From positions 1-59,293 of the forward strand of contig CAJXDE010000001.1 in assembly GCA_913052635.1 (NCBI GenBank): 59,293 nucleotides of DNA, written 5' to 3'. How positions within the stretch are numbered: the first letter of the stretch is position 1; each line of letters starts with the position of its first letter. Positions 11,088-21,461 of the stretch are shown in pieces. The notes under the pieces were generated by a model. It saw only the letters and a list, made by a program, of their open reading frames with translations, was not told where the DNA came from and did no database searches. The translations under genes and the position numbers were made by a program. Origin of the DNA: an uncultured Halieaceae bacterium. GTDB lineage: Bacteria; Pseudomonadota; Gammaproteobacteria; Pseudomonadales; Halieaceae.

Positions 11088-11650
11088 TGGCAGGGAGCCG
11101 CGCCAAGCCCGCGCGTAAAGCGTCTGCCACTCGCAAGGCTAGTGATCAGGCTAGCAGCGCCCCACCCACCCTGAACCGCGCGCACCTGCAGGGTTTTGTT
11201 GTGGGGTGTGTCGCCGGGGGGCTCGGCTGTCTGGGGCTCTTCAATGCGCTGGAGGCGGATGAGACGATTGCCGACATACCGCCTGCGGCACCGCCGGCAC
11301 TGGAGGTCACGGTTGGCCCGCGATTTGATTTCTATACGGTGCTGCCAAATCAGGAGCTCGACCTGAATCCCGATATCGAACCCGCAGATCTAGAGTTGGG
11401 CAACAGGAGCAACGCACAGTATTTATTGCAGGTCGGATCGTTCCGCCAGCAGGCCGATGCAGATCGCCGCCGCGGCGAGCTGGCATTGCTGGGCCTTGAA
11501 GCGACGGTGGAGCCGGGCGACGGTGACAACGGACGGTGGTACCGGGTCTATCTCGGTCCTTTCGAGAGCCGCTCCAAGATGGCGCGTGCTCGGTCTCTGA
11601 CGGCACAGGCTGACATGGACACCCTGTTGCTCAAACGCGAGTCACCCTGA
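11084..11650 (+). CDS. SPOR-domain cell division protein (FtsN-like)
   Basis: Basic N-terminus, TM helix, FDFYTVLP, and C-terminal SPOR domain YLLQVGSF...WYRVYLGPF; usual position after argS. Confidence 0.88.
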   Translation: MMAGSRAKPARKASATRKASDQASSAPPTLNRAHLQGFVVGCVAGGLGCLGLFNALEADETIADIPPAAPPALEVTVGPRFDFYTVLPNQELDLNPDIEPADLELGNRSNAQYLLQVGSFRQQADADRRRGELALLGLEATVEPGDGDNGRWYRVYLGPFESRSKMARARSLTAQADMDTLLLKRESP

Positions 11651-11652
11651 GC

Positions 11653-12042
11653 ATGGCGGATCCACATCAGGTCACCCACCTGCACTACTCGCGGAGCAAG
11701 CGTCGTCTGGAACTGACTTTTTCAGACGGTGCCGACTACCAGCTCAGCGCCGAATTTCTGCGCGTCTTCTCACCCTCGGCTGAAGTCAGAGGTCACAGCC
11801 CGGGACAGGAGGTCCTGCAAACCGGCAAGTCTTCGGTTGCCATTGCCGGCATTGAACCCGTCGGACACTACGCCGTGCAGATCACCTTCGACGACGGCCA
11901 TGACTCGGGACTCTACAGCTGGCGCTACCTTCGCGACCTGGCGGAACGGCAAGACCACTACTGGCAGCAGTATCTGCAGCAATTGTCGGCGTCTGGTCAA
12001 TCTCGCGATCCCGAAGTTCAGGTGCTGCATTTCGACCCCTGA
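11653..12042 (+). CDS. DUF971 / gamma-butyrobetaine hydroxylase-like N-terminal domain protein
   Basis: LSAEFLRVFSPSAEVRGH, PVGHYAVQITFDDGHDSGLYSW. Confidence 0.9.
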   Translation: MADPHQVTHLHYSRSKRRLELTFSDGADYQLSAEFLRVFSPSAEVRGHSPGQEVLQTGKSSVAIAGIEPVGHYAVQITFDDGHDSGLYSWRYLRDLAERQDHYWQQYLQQLSASGQSRDPEVQVLHFDP

Positions 12043-12127
12043 GGCGCCTGACCAACCCCTCTGAACACAGACCGCCCGCTCAGGTACACTTGCCGGCCCG
12101 CCGGAACACGACCGGCGTGACAGCGGA

Positions 12128-12913
12128 ATGCGAGTGATGAATGACGAGGCGACCAGCAACGCGGATCGCGACGACGACTCCACGGATTTTGGCTACACCC
12201 GGGTAGATCGGGAAGCCAAGGCAGGCATGGTGCGCGGCGTCTTTGACTCAGTCGCCAGCCGCTATGATTTGATGAACGACCTGATGTCCGGAGGAGTTCA
12301 TCGTCTGTGGAAGCGCTATACGATCGAGCTCAGCGCTGTGCGCCCCGGGCAGATCATTCTCGATATAGCTGGTGGCACCGGCGATCTCGCCGCCCGATTC
12401 TCCCGCCTGGTCGGGCCCGAGGGTCAGGTGATTCTCGCTGATATCAACGCCGCCATGCTCGAAGTGGGTCGCGATCGGCTCATTGATAAAGGGGCGACAG
12501 GTAACATCGAAGTCGTGCAGGCCGACGCACAGGCGCTCCCTTTCAAAGACAACAGCGTGGACTGCATCACCATCGCCTTTGGACTGCGCAATGTCACCGA
12601 TAAAGCGCTGGCGTTGCGCTCCATGCTCCGGGTACTGCGTCCGGGCGGTCGCTTGCTAGTGCTCGAATTCTCCAAACCCACCTCGGCGCTACTGGGCAAG
12701 GTGTATGACCAGTACTCGTTCCAGATCTTGCCGGCGATGGGTCGTCTTATCGCGCAGGATGCCGACAGCTATCGCTATCTCGCAGAGTCGATCCGCAAGC
12801 ACCCCGACCAGGAAACCCTGCTGGGCATGATGGAAGACGCCGGTTTCGGCGAATGTCGCTACCACAACATGACCGGCGGTATTGTTGCGCTACATCAGGG
12901 CATCAAGCCGTGA
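12128..12913 (+). CDS. ubiE: Ubiquinone/menaquinone C-methyltransferase
   Basis: [44 protein letters not shown]; true start may be 12137. Confidence 0.96.
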   Translation: MRVMNDEATSNADRDDDSTDFGYTRVDREAKAGMVRGVFDSVASRYDLMNDLMSGGVHRLWKRYTIELSAVRPGQIILDIAGGTGDLAARFSRLVGPEGQVILADINAAMLEVGRDRLIDKGATGNIEVVQADAQALPFKDNSVDCITIAFGLRNVTDKALALRSMLRVLRPGGRLLVLEFSKPTSALLGKVYDQYSFQILPAMGRLIAQDADSYRYLAESIRKHPDQETLLGMMEDAGFGECRYHNMTGGIVALHQGIKP

Positions 12914-13557
12914 CACAGCATGACCCGGCATTGCTCAGTGCAGCACTGGCGGGCGCTGAACAGGCCCTGAATCAGGCCATTGCTCTGGCACCGTATTCGC
13001 ACCAGGAACTCGATGCCGTCAGTGGCACGCTGCTGGGGATAGAAATCACCACTCTCTATCTCACGGTTTACATCGAGATGGTCACGGGTACCGAGGTCAG
13101 ACTGATGGCCCACTGCGAGCAAGACACCGACGCCTTCGTGCGCGGCACACTTGAGGACTTCGCCGCGCTGGCGACCTCCGACGACCCGGCGGCCACCCTG
13201 ATCAACAGCGGCATCGAACTCGAAGGCAGCAGCGCCAGCCTCATCACCCTGCAACAGGTGATCGCTCGCATGGAGATCGACTGGGAAGCACCCTTGGTGG
13301 ATCTCTTGGGGGATGTCGCGGGCCATCAAATTGCCGAGGGGCTTCGCCGATTCTTCCGCTGGGGCGAAGGCGCCCGCGTCAGCCTCAAGCGGCAGGTCTC
13401 TGAGTACCTGCTGGAGGAAGGCAGACTGACTCCGCCGAAGGCAGAGCTTGAGCACTTCTATGACGCGGTGCAGTCCATGGCCATGCGAGTCGAGCGCGCC
13501 CAAAGCCAGGTCGAAAAGCTGTTGGCGAAAGCCGCCGCCCGCGAGAGATCACAATGA
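12910..13557 (+). CDS. ubiJ: Ubiquinone biosynthesis accessory factor (SCP2 domain)
   Basis: Lies between ubiE and ubiB; [15 protein letters not shown] and EYLLEE; GTG start overlaps the ubiE stop (GTGA). Confidence 0.88.
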   Translation: MTQHDPALLSAALAGAEQALNQAIALAPYSHQELDAVSGTLLGIEITTLYLTVYIEMVTGTEVRLMAHCEQDTDAFVRGTLEDFAALATSDDPAATLINSGIELEGSSASLITLQQVIARMEIDWEAPLVDLLGDVAGHQIAEGLRRFFRWGEGARVSLKRQVSEYLLEEGRLTPPKAELEHFYDAVQSMAMRVERAQSQVEKLLAKAAARERSQ

Positions 13558-15116
13558 GTCGCGTTGTTGCCCTCTATCGCGCCGTCGCGCGCTACCGACT
13601 CGATCAGTTGCTCCCCGCGCCTCAGCGTCCCCGACTATTTTCTCTATTGCTACGCATGTTCCCCGTGCTCTCAGTGCCCGCTACCACCCCACGAGGCGAA
13701 CGCCTGCGTCGAGCACTGGAAGATCTCGGCCCCGTATTCATCAAATTTGGTCAGTTGCTCTCGACCCGGCGTGACCTACTCCCCCACGACATCGCCGATG
13801 AGCTGGCCCTCCTGCAGGATCAGGTGGCACCCTTCCCAGCAAAAGAGGCGATCCAGCGGATTGAGGGCGCCCTGGGTAAGCCGCTGAATGAATGCTTTGC
13901 CGAGTTTGATGCTAACCCGCTGGCGGCCGCGTCGGTGGCGCAGGTGCACGGCGCGCGATTGCCCGATGGCAGTGATGTGGTGGTGAAGGTACTGAGGCCG
14001 GGCATCGAGAAAACCATCGATCAGGATCTCAGACTCCTCCGGCACGTGGCGAGGCTGCTGGCCCGCTGGTCACGCAGCGGCCGTCGCTTGAAGCCCGCAG
14101 AAGTGGTTGCAGAATACGATCGCATCATCCACGGCGAGCTCGATCTGCAACGCGAGGCGGCCAACGCCTCGCAGCTGCGGCGACACTTCAAGGGCGGGGA
14201 TCTGGTGTACGTACCTGAGGTGCATTGGCCGCTCACCTGCGAGCAGGTCATGGTGAGTGAGCGGATCTATGGCGTGCCCGTGAGCGATATCAAGACCCTG
14301 CAAAGCAAGCAGGTTGATATCAAGCTACTGGCCGAGCGCGGTGTGGAGATTTTCTTTACGCAGGTATTTCGCGACAGCTTCTTTCATGCCGACATGCACC
14401 CGGGCAACATCTTTGTCGACTGCAACAAGCCTGAAGACCCGCGCTACATGGCGGTCGACTGTGCGATCGTCGGCCAGATCGACGAGCAGGATCTGTATTA
14501 CCTTGCGCGCAACTTGCTGGCCATTTTCCAGCAGGACTACCGGCTCTGCGCCAAGCTGCACGTGGAATGTGGCTGGGTGCCACCCGACACGCCGATTGCC
14601 GAGTTCGAGTCTGCCCTGAGAACCCTGTGCGAGCCGGTTTTTGAGCGCCCGCTGTCCGACATTTCCTTCGGACAGATGCTGGTGACACTGTTCCGGACGG
14701 CAGGCCAGTTCGATATGCAAGTGCAGCCCCAATTGATATTGCTGCAAAAAACCCTGCTGAACATTGAGGGCCTCGGCCGTCAGCTCTATCCCGAGCTCAA
14801 CCTATGGGACACCGCCAAACCGTTTCTCGAGCAGTGGGTCGCGGATCGCTATTCTTTACAAAACGTCAGCCAACGGTTGCAGCAGGATGCGCCGGCATTG
14901 TTGGATACATTACCGCTACTCCCAGATCTGATCTTGAATCGACTCCGGCAGACACCCCGGGCGGAGCAAAGCCCGCCTGCGCCTGCATCTCAGGTGCTAC
15001 CCCTTGCCACGCTGGGCGCTCTGGCGCTCGGGCTCGGGATTGCGGGAAGCGGTACCGGATGGCTCATCCTTGGCGGCGGCTGCCTATTCGGCGCGCTCTT
15101 CGTTCGCAACCGGTAA
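13554..15116 (+). CDS. ubiB: Ubiquinone biosynthesis protein kinase-like UbiB
   Basis: [44 protein letters not shown]. Confidence 0.96.
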   Translation: MSRVVALYRAVARYRLDQLLPAPQRPRLFSLLLRMFPVLSVPATTPRGERLRRALEDLGPVFIKFGQLLSTRRDLLPHDIADELALLQDQVAPFPAKEAIQRIEGALGKPLNECFAEFDANPLAAASVAQVHGARLPDGSDVVVKVLRPGIEKTIDQDLRLLRHVARLLARWSRSGRRLKPAEVVAEYDRIIHGELDLQREAANASQLRRHFKGGDLVYVPEVHWPLTCEQVMVSERIYGVPVSDIKTLQSKQVDIKLLAERGVEIFFTQVFRDSFFHADMHPGNIFVDCNKPEDPRYMAVDCAIVGQIDEQDLYYLARNLLAIFQQDYRLCAKLHVECGWVPPDTPIAEFESALRTLCEPVFERPLSDISFGQMLVTLFRTAGQFDMQVQPQLILLQKTLLNIEGLGRQLYPELNLWDTAKPFLEQWVADRYSLQNVSQRLQQDAPALLDTLPLLPDLILNRLRQTPRAEQSPPAPASQVLPLATLGALALGLGIAGSGTGWLILGGGCLFGALFVRNR

Positions 15117-15145
15117 CGGCTCCTAGCCTCTGGCATACTGTTGCC

Positions 15146-15520
15146 ATGACGGACACCACCTCAACCACGCCCGATGCCCTCTCACCCAAGTGGAATGAGC
15201 AGGGATTGATCGCAGCTATCGCTCAGGACGCCGACACCGGCGAGGTCCTGATGTTGGCGTGGATGAACGCCGAGGCACTGGAGCAGACGCTGACAAGCGG
15301 CCAGGTCACCTATTGGTCTCGCTCGAGGCAATCACTGTGGCGCAAGGGCGCTACGTCCGGGAATACTCAGGATCTGATGAGTGCCTGTCTGGACTGTGAC
15401 GGCGACACCCTGCTGTTACAGGTCAAGCAGCATGGCGCAGGTGCCTGCCATACCGGCCGACGCACCTGCTTTTTTTACCACCCTGAAGACGGTAGCTGGC
15501 GCCTGCGCGAGGACGACTGA
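15146..15520 (+). CDS. hisI: Phosphoribosyl-AMP cyclohydrolase
   Basis: [32 protein letters not shown]; start reassigned to ATG 15146. Confidence 0.94.
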   Translation: MTDTTSTTPDALSPKWNEQGLIAAIAQDADTGEVLMLAWMNAEALEQTLTSGQVTYWSRSRQSLWRKGATSGNTQDLMSACLDCDGDTLLLQVKQHGAGACHTGRRTCFFYHPEDGSWRLREDD

Positions 15521-15874
15521 ATGGATGACTTACTGACGGCACTCGATACCGTGCTGGCGAAACGCAAAACCGCTTCCCCTGAGAGTTCTTACGTTGCCAC
15601 ACTGAACGCTGAGGGCCTCAACAAAATCCTCGAAAAAGTCGGTGAAGAAGCCACCGAGGTGATCCTGGCGGCCAAGGATGCTGCCGAGAGCGGGGACTCG
15701 GGGGCCTTGGTGAACGAGGTAGCCGATCTCTGGTTTCACACCATGGTGATGCTCGCGCACCTTGACCTCGACCATACCGATGTCCTCAAAGTTCTCGACG
15801 CGCGCATGGGGCTGTCGGGTCTGGCAGAAAAAGCCGCCCGAAAAGGCCATAATGCGGCCTCGGAAGACGCTTAA
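15521..15874 (+). CDS. hisE: Phosphoribosyl-ATP pyrophosphatase
   Basis: [22 protein letters not shown]. Confidence 0.95.
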   Translation: MDDLLTALDTVLAKRKTASPESSYVATLNAEGLNKILEKVGEEATEVILAAKDAAESGDSGALVNEVADLWFHTMVMLAHLDLDHTDVLKVLDARMGLSGLAEKAARKGHNAASEDA

Positions 15875-15891
15875 ACACAAGGAGAGGGACT

Positions 15892-16110
15892 ATGGGTCTG
15901 GGCGGAATCAGCATCTGGCAGCTCCTGATCATTCTGGCGATTGTCGTCATGCTTTTCGGCACGTCGCGCCTGCGCAACATCGGCAGCGATCTGGGCAGTG
16001 CGATCAAAGGCTTTCGTAACAGCATGAGTAAAGACGAAGCCGAGGGCGAGAGTGTCGGGGGCAACACCGCCTCGCAAGACGAGAGCGACACCAACAAACC
16101 CCCGACCTAA
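15892..16110 (+). CDS. tatA: Twin-arginine translocase subunit TatA
   Basis: [36 protein letters not shown]; RBS AGGAG. Confidence 0.96.
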   Translation: MGLGGISIWQLLIILAIVVMLFGTSRLRNIGSDLGSAIKGFRNSMSKDEAEGESVGGNTASQDESDTNKPPT

Positions 16111-16125
16111 ACAGGGCAGTTCAAC

Positions 16126-16545
16126 GTGTTTGACATCGGCTTTGCCGAGCTCTTGCTGATCGGCGTCGTGGGCCTTTTGGTGGTGGGGCCCGAACAGTTA
16201 CCAGGCGCGGTCCGGACCGTATTGGCCTGGGTCAATCGATTTCGACGCAGCTTCGATCAGATCCGCACCGAAGTCCGACGCGAGCTGCACAACGATGAAA
16301 TCATGCAAGAGCTCAAGGCCGAGTCGCAGCAACTTAAGCAGCAGGTGCGCGAGACCACCCAGTCGGTAGAACAAGAGATTCAAGCCCTCGGCAATCAAGC
16401 CAGCGACTCGTTGCAAGGCGCATCAAACACCGCCGATTCAGTACCCTCGCCACCTCCAGCCTCATCATCTGCAACCCCGCCAACCGCAACCTCGGCGGCT
16501 GAAGCTGACGATAGTGGCACCGACAAATCGTCAAACCCCGTATGA
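16126..16545 (+). CDS. tatB: Twin-arginine translocase subunit TatB
   Basis: MFDIGFAELLLIGVVGLLVVGPEQLP. Confidence 0.96.
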   Translation: MFDIGFAELLLIGVVGLLVVGPEQLPGAVRTVLAWVNRFRRSFDQIRTEVRRELHNDEIMQELKAESQQLKQQVRETTQSVEQEIQALGNQASDSLQGASNTADSVPSPPPASSSATPPTATSAAEADDSGTDKSSNPV

Positions 16546-17306
16546 GCGACCAGAACCAACACGACGACCCTCCCATGTCGCTGGTGGCCCACCTGACGGA
16601 GCTGCGTGACCGGCTGTTACGGGCGGTGCTCGCCGTATTGATTGGATTTATTATCCTGTTCCCGTTTGCCAATGAGATCTATGGTTTCGTATCGGCACCG
16701 CTGAGAGAGCTGATGCCGGAGGGGTCGACCATGATCGCCACGGGCGTGGCGTCACCTTTCCTGACCCCCTTCAAACTAAGCTTGGTGCTCGCCATCTTTA
16801 TGGCGATACCCGTGGTTCTTTACCAGATATGGGGGTTCGTGGCGCCGGGGCTTTACCAAAAGGAAAAGCGCATCGCGTTGCCGCTGCTCGCTTCCAGCGT
16901 GCTGCTGTTCTACGCAGGAGCGGCTTTCGCCTATTTCGTGGTCTTTCCGCTCATCTTTGCCTTTTTTACCAGCGTGGGCCCCGAAAACGTACAGGTGATG
17001 ACCGACATCAACAGCTACCTCGATTTCGTACTAAAACTGTTCCTGGCCTTCGGTATTGCCTTTGAGATGCCCATTGCCGCAGTAATCTTGATCTGGACCG
17101 GTATCACCAGCCCTGACGCACTGGCCAAAAAACGCCCCTACATCATCGTTGGCTGCTTTATTTTCGGCATGCTGCTGACACCACCTGATGTGATTTCACA
17201 ATCACTGCTGGCGATCCCCATGTGGCTACTCTTTGAGCTGGGCGTGTTTTTCGGCAGACTATTGGAGCCCAAGGCCCAGAGCGGCAACGCGCCGGTGGAG
17301 GACTGA
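16542..17306 (+). CDS. tatC: Twin-arginine translocase subunit TatC
   Basis: HLTELRDRL, WGFVAPGLY, AFEMP, LTPPDVISQ; about 6 TM helices. Confidence 0.97.
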   Translation: MSDQNQHDDPPMSLVAHLTELRDRLLRAVLAVLIGFIILFPFANEIYGFVSAPLRELMPEGSTMIATGVASPFLTPFKLSLVLAIFMAIPVVLYQIWGFVAPGLYQKEKRIALPLLASSVLLFYAGAAFAYFVVFPLIFAFFTSVGPENVQVMTDINSYLDFVLKLFLAFGIAFEMPIAAVILIWTGITSPDALAKKRPYIIVGCFIFGMLLTPPDVISQSLLAIPMWLLFELGVFFGRLLEPKAQSGNAPVED

Positions 17307-17351
17307 GAGTACAGTGGCAAAAAAGTCAGCCTGCGTATTTTGACCTCGATG

Positions 17352-17757
17352 CTAGTTGGCTGAACAGCCACCCCCTTTCAGGCGGCCCCGGTTCAGATCG
17401 AGCTCCGAGTCCCGCTCGAGCCGCAAATCGGCGGCGCTGGGGTTTTGCCCCGGGTAGTCATCGAACCGGGTTTGCAGGCGAATGCCAGTCCAGAGGCTGG
17501 TGGGCCCCGGATCGAAGGTCAGCCCTTTTTTGGCGCAGTATCAGGTCTCCTGCGACGCATCACTGTCTGACACCGCATCGGCATCCGGCTCGACGTTCTC
17601 TTTCTGCGGAGATTCAGCCGGTGCGCTCATCGCCAGCGGCAGCCACACGACCAGCCTTTAGCCAGCGACCTCCGTGGGCGGAAGCTTTCGATGGGCGGCA
17701 AACTGCCCCTGCAGTCCAAGCCGCAACAGGTAAGGTTGTCTTCAATAAGGACACCAT
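17352..17757 (-). pseudogene. Decayed 5' fragment of an exported protein, probably an outer-membrane porin (OprO/OprP-like)
   Basis: ATG at 17757, a frameshift in the signal-peptide-like region, an acidic linker, an in-frame TGA (17541-17543), then YCAKKGLTFDPGPTSLWTGIRLQTRFDDYPG...ELDLNRGRLKGGG and a premature TAG at 17352. Family assigned by eye only. Confidence 0.5.
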
Positions 17758-17950
17758 TGAGGGAGGACTGTGACGTCTCGCTAACGGATTGCGCTCAGCT
17801 TATCGTGAGTTGAGTCGAGCGCGATGCGCCAAAGATGACAATCGCGGCACCGGGCGCGTTCATCAGCCCCGGACACCTTACGATCTTTTTGGCCGCGTCC
17901 CGCGTAGACTGTAGTTTCATAGGCATTACTTCCGACCACCGAGCCAAGCT

Positions 17951-19762
17951 GTGACTGAAACGTCGATCAACACGCCACCTCATAACAGTGCGACCGACCG
18001 CAGCGGCGAACCACCCCGCGCCAAATCGCTGGCGCCGCTCCGGCAGCTACTCGGCTTTCTCTGGCCCCACCAGGGTCGATTGATCGCGGCGGCCACAGCA
18101 TTGGTATTCACAGCCGGGGCACAGCTGACGCTGGGTTACGGCGTGAAGATCCTAATCGATGAGGGCTTTGCCGGGGCAGACGCATCGGGGCTGTATAAAG
18201 CCGTCACCTTCATGTTGGTGATCGGCATTGCCATGGCCATTGGCGCCATGACCCGTTTCTATCTGGTCTCCTGGCTGGGCGAGCGGGTCAGTGCCGACCT
18301 ACGCAGCGCGGTGTTTAACAATCTTGTGCACATGCAGCCAAGCTATTTCGAAAGTAATCACTCGGGCGAGATCATGTCTCGCCTCACCACTGACACCACC
18401 TTGCTGCAGACACTGATCGGCTCCTCAGTGAGCCTCGCGGTGCGCAATGCCCTCACCCTCACCGGCGCGCTGACGCTGATGGTCATCACCAACCTAAAAC
18501 TCAGCCTGGTGATTTTGATTGCAGTTCCGGTGACGCTCCTACCCATCCTGATATTCGGCCGACGGGTAAGAAAGCTCTCCAACAAAAGCCAGCAGACCAT
18601 CGCTGAAGTCGGCAGCCACGCGGGGGAGATCTTCCAGTCGATCAAGGTAGTACAGAGCTTTAACCGGGAAATTGCCGAAAAAACGGCCTTTGGCCGCGAC
18701 GTCGAGCAAGCCTTTGTGGTCGCACGTTCACGTGTTTTCCAGCGCGCCCTGCTGACAGGCTTTGCCATCTTCCTGTTGATGGGCGGCATGGTCGGCATGA
18801 TGTGGTCGGGGGGCGTCGACGTGATCGAGGGCCGCATGACCGGCGGTGAACTTGGCGCCTTCGTCTTTTACGCCATCATGGTAGGTACCGCCTTTGCGAC
18901 CCTGTCGGAGGTCTGGGGTGATCTGCAGCGCGCCGCGGGCGCGGCAGAGCGCTTGATGGAGCTCCTTGATGAGACCAGCGAGATTCCAGACACCGGTACC
19001 CAAACCCCTGCCAGTAATACCGCGTTGGCCTTTAAGGGGGTGCACTTCGCCTATCCCAGCCGGCCTACTCACCCCGCATTGAGTGACTTTACGCTGGAGA
19101 TTGCGCACGGCGAGTCGGTCGCGCTGGTCGGACCCTCGGGCGCCGGCAAGTCGACGGTATTTGAGCTGATGCTGCGCTTTTACGATCCGATTGCAGGCGC
19201 GATTCGTTTCGGCGGTGCGGATCTGCGCGAGATGTCGCTGGATCGCTGGCGCCAGAAGATCGCACTAGTGCCACAACAGCCCACACTGTTCTCGGGGGAT
19301 ATCTTCTACAACATCGCCTACGGCGCCACCGAGCCGACTCAGGCGGCGGTGGAAGCCGCAGCGCAAATGGCCCACGCCCACGAGTTTATTCAAACACTGC
19401 CCGAGGGCTACCAGAGCCATCTGGGGGCGCAGGGTGTGAGGCTCTCGGGGGGACAGCGCCAGCGCATTGCGCTAGCCCGCGCCATACTCAGTGACCCGGA
19501 GCTGTTACTGCTGGATGAGGCCACCAGCGCGCTCGATACCGAGAGCGAGTGGCACGTACAACAGGCGCTCACCGACATCATACAGGAGCGCACCACGATC
19601 ATAATTGCTCATCGGCTCTCCACTGTCATCAATGCCGACCGCATCGTGGTGATGGACGAGGGCCGCGTCATCGACAGCGGACCCCATGACGAGCTGATGA
19701 CAAGCTGTGAGCTGTATCAACGTCTCGCACGGCTGCAGTTTCAGACCGAACAAGCCAGTTAG
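17951..19762 (+). CDS. ABC transporter, fused permease/ATPase (MsbA-related exporter)
   Basis: 6-TM domain, Walker A GPSGAGKST, signature LSGGQRQR, Walker B LLLLDEATSALD, IAHRLST. Confidence 0.93.
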   Translation: MTETSINTPPHNSATDRSGEPPRAKSLAPLRQLLGFLWPHQGRLIAAATALVFTAGAQLTLGYGVKILIDEGFAGADASGLYKAVTFMLVIGIAMAIGAMTRFYLVSWLGERVSADLRSAVFNNLVHMQPSYFESNHSGEIMSRLTTDTTLLQTLIGSSVSLAVRNALTLTGALTLMVITNLKLSLVILIAVPVTLLPILIFGRRVRKLSNKSQQTIAEVGSHAGEIFQSIKVVQSFNREIAEKTAFGRDVEQAFVVARSRVFQRALLTGFAIFLLMGGMVGMMWSGGVDVIEGRMTGGELGAFVFYAIMVGTAFATLSEVWGDLQRAAGAAERLMELLDETSEIPDTGTQTPASNTALAFKGVHFAYPSRPTHPALSDFTLEIAHGESVALVGPSGAGKSTVFELMLRFYDPIAGAIRFGGADLREMSLDRWRQKIALVPQQPTLFSGDIFYNIAYGATEPTQAAVEAAAQMAHAHEFIQTLPEGYQSHLGAQGVRLSGGQRQRIALARAILSDPELLLLDEATSALDTESEWHVQQALTDIIQERTTIIIAHRLSTVINADRIVVMDEGRVIDSGPHDELMTSCELYQRLARLQFQTEQAS

Positions 19763-19770
19763 ACAGCAAC

Positions 19771-19796
19771 AAAAAACCCCGCACTGGGCGGGGTTT
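19771..19796. terminator. Intrinsic terminator between the ABC gene and pntB (strong U-tract on the minus strand)
   Basis: AAAAAACCCCGC-ACTGG-GCGGGGTTT. Confidence 0.85.
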
Positions 19797-19814
19797 CGTT
19801 AGGCAGTGAAGAGA

Positions 19815-21173
19815 TCAGCTGAATTCGCGGATCAGACCACCGATGCTCTCTTTCGCATCACCGAACAGCATGCGGGTGTTCTCTTTATAGAACAGCGGGT
19901 TCTCGATACCAGCAAAGCCCGACGCCATTGAGCGCTTGAGTACAAATACCGTGCGCGCATCGGCCACGTTGATCACCGGCATGCCGTAGATCGGTGAGGA
20001 CTCGACCTCGCGTGCTGCAGGATTCACCACATCGTTCGCGCCAATCACGATCGCGACATCGACGGTCTCCATGCGCGGGTTGATCTCGTCCATCTCGAGC
20101 AGTTGGTCGTAAGGCACGTCCGCCTCCGCAAGGAGCACGTTCATGTGGCCCGGCATTCGCCCCGCGACGGGGTGAATGCCAAAGTTGACCTCACAGCCAT
20201 TGTTCTCAAGCAGCTCGGTAAGCTCCTTGACCACGTGCTGCGCCTGCGCAACCGCCATACCGTAGCCAGGAATGATCGCCACGTTAGTCGCCGCTTCCAG
20301 CACGTAGTAGGCGTCGTCTACGGAAATCGGCTTAATCTCGCCCTCTATCACCGTCTCCTCACTAGAAACGCTAGCAAAGCCAGAGAACAGCACGTTGGAG
20401 AGCGATCGGTTCATCGCCTTACACATGATCTGGGTCAGGATGATGCCCGAGGCACCCACTAGTGAGCCCGCCACAATCAACACATTATTGTTGATCGCAA
20501 AACCCGCCGCACAGGCCGCGAGGCCCGAGTAGGAGTTCAGCAGTGAGATAACCACCGGCATGTCGGCACCACCAATGGGGATGACCGCCATGATGCCAAA
20601 GACCAACGCCAAGCCAATGACAATGTAGAGCCAGGTGGGGTCAGCCGGGTTCATGCAGAACATCACAGCGCCACCGAAGATGCCAAGCACCACGAGGGAG
20701 TTGACGATCTGCTGGCCAGAGAAGGTGATGGCTCCGCTACCGATGGTCTCGGACAGCTTGCCGTAGGCGATGAGCGAGCCCGTGAGGGTCACGCCACCGA
20801 TCAAGATCGACAATACGATCGTGATCAGGGTGAAGGTGCCGGAATCCGGCGAGAGCGCGGCCCAGCCGACCAACAGTGACGCTGCGCCACCGAAGCCATT
20901 GAACAGTGCCACCATCTCGGGCATAGCCGTCATCGCGACCGCGCGTGCGGCGATGGCACCGATGGCACCACCCACCACCATACCGGCGGCAATATAAGTG
21001 AAGTCGACAATGCCCTGATCAAGCAGTGCTGAGACAATTGCCACCAGCATACCAATGGCAGAAATCATGTTTCCGCGACGGGCCGTTGCAGGAGACCCCA
21101 GCATTTTCAGGCCAAAAATAAAGAGGCCTGCAGCGAGGACGTAACCCAGTTGTGTCATTAATTCAGTCGTCAT
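19815..21173 (-). CDS. pntB: NAD(P) transhydrogenase subunit beta
   Basis: GGADMPVVISLLNSYSG, PGYGMAVAQAQH, HPVAGRMPGHMNVLLAEA, GANDVVNPAA. Confidence 0.97.
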   Translation of the reverse strand: MTTELMTQLGYVLAAGLFIFGLKMLGSPATARRGNMISAIGMLVAIVSALLDQGIVDFTYIAAGMVVGGAIGAIAARAVAMTAMPEMVALFNGFGGAASLLVGWAALSPDSGTFTLITIVLSILIGGVTLTGSLIAYGKLSETIGSGAITFSGQQIVNSLVVLGIFGGAVMFCMNPADPTWLYIVIGLALVFGIMAVIPIGGADMPVVISLLNSYSGLAACAAGFAINNNVLIVAGSLVGASGIILTQIMCKAMNRSLSNVLFSGFASVSSEETVIEGEIKPISVDDAYYVLEAATNVAIIPGYGMAVAQAQHVVKELTELLENNGCEVNFGIHPVAGRMPGHMNVLLAEADVPYDQLLEMDEINPRMETVDVAIVIGANDVVNPAAREVESSPIYGMPVINVADARTVFVLKRSMASGFAGIENPLFYKENTRMLFGDAKESIGGLIREFS

Positions 21174-21175
21174 GA

Positions 21176-21460
21176 TCAGTCCTCCTTCTTCTTGAAGAAG
21201 CTGAGCATGCGGTCGGTCACCATGTAACCACCCACCACGTTAATGCTGGCGAGGGTCACAGCACCGACACCCAGCCACATGGCCGCGTTCTCGTTGCCCG
21301 TGCCGGCCAGTGCCACTGCACCAACCACGGTGATGCCCGAGATCGCATTGGCACCCGACATCAGCGGGGTGTGCAGCGTGGCGGGGACCTTATTGATCAG
21401 TTCGAAGCCGAGGAAAATCGACAACATCAAGATAAACAGCAAGTACTCTGCGCCGGACAT
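21176..21460 (-). CDS. pntAb: NAD(P) transhydrogenase subunit alpha, part 2 (membrane)
   Basis: VPATLHTPLMSGANAISGI, INVVGGYMVTDRML; start reassigned to ATG 21460. Confidence 0.93.
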   Translation of the reverse strand: MSGAEYLLFILMLSIFLGFELINKVPATLHTPLMSGANAISGITVVGAVALAGTGNENAAMWLGVGAVTLASINVVGGYMVTDRMLSFFKKKED

Positions 21461-21461
21461 A

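Noticed and set aside
16420-16545. Low-complexity Ser/Pro/Ala tail of TatB, and the Gly/Glu/Ala tail of SecB at 44580-44650
   Set aside because: Ordinary disordered C-termini, not DNA repeats
17352-17632. In-frame TGA followed by Tyr-Cys (U-x-C) read as a possible selenoprotein
   Set aside because: No convincing SECIS hairpin directly 3' of the TGA, no redox-fold context, and the same frame has a frameshift and truncation; a TGG-to-TGA nonsense change in a pseudogene is simpler
17795-17983. Small minus-strand ORF upstream of the porin-like remnant
   Set aside because: No RBS or family motif recognised; overlaps the ABC gene start and its likely promoter
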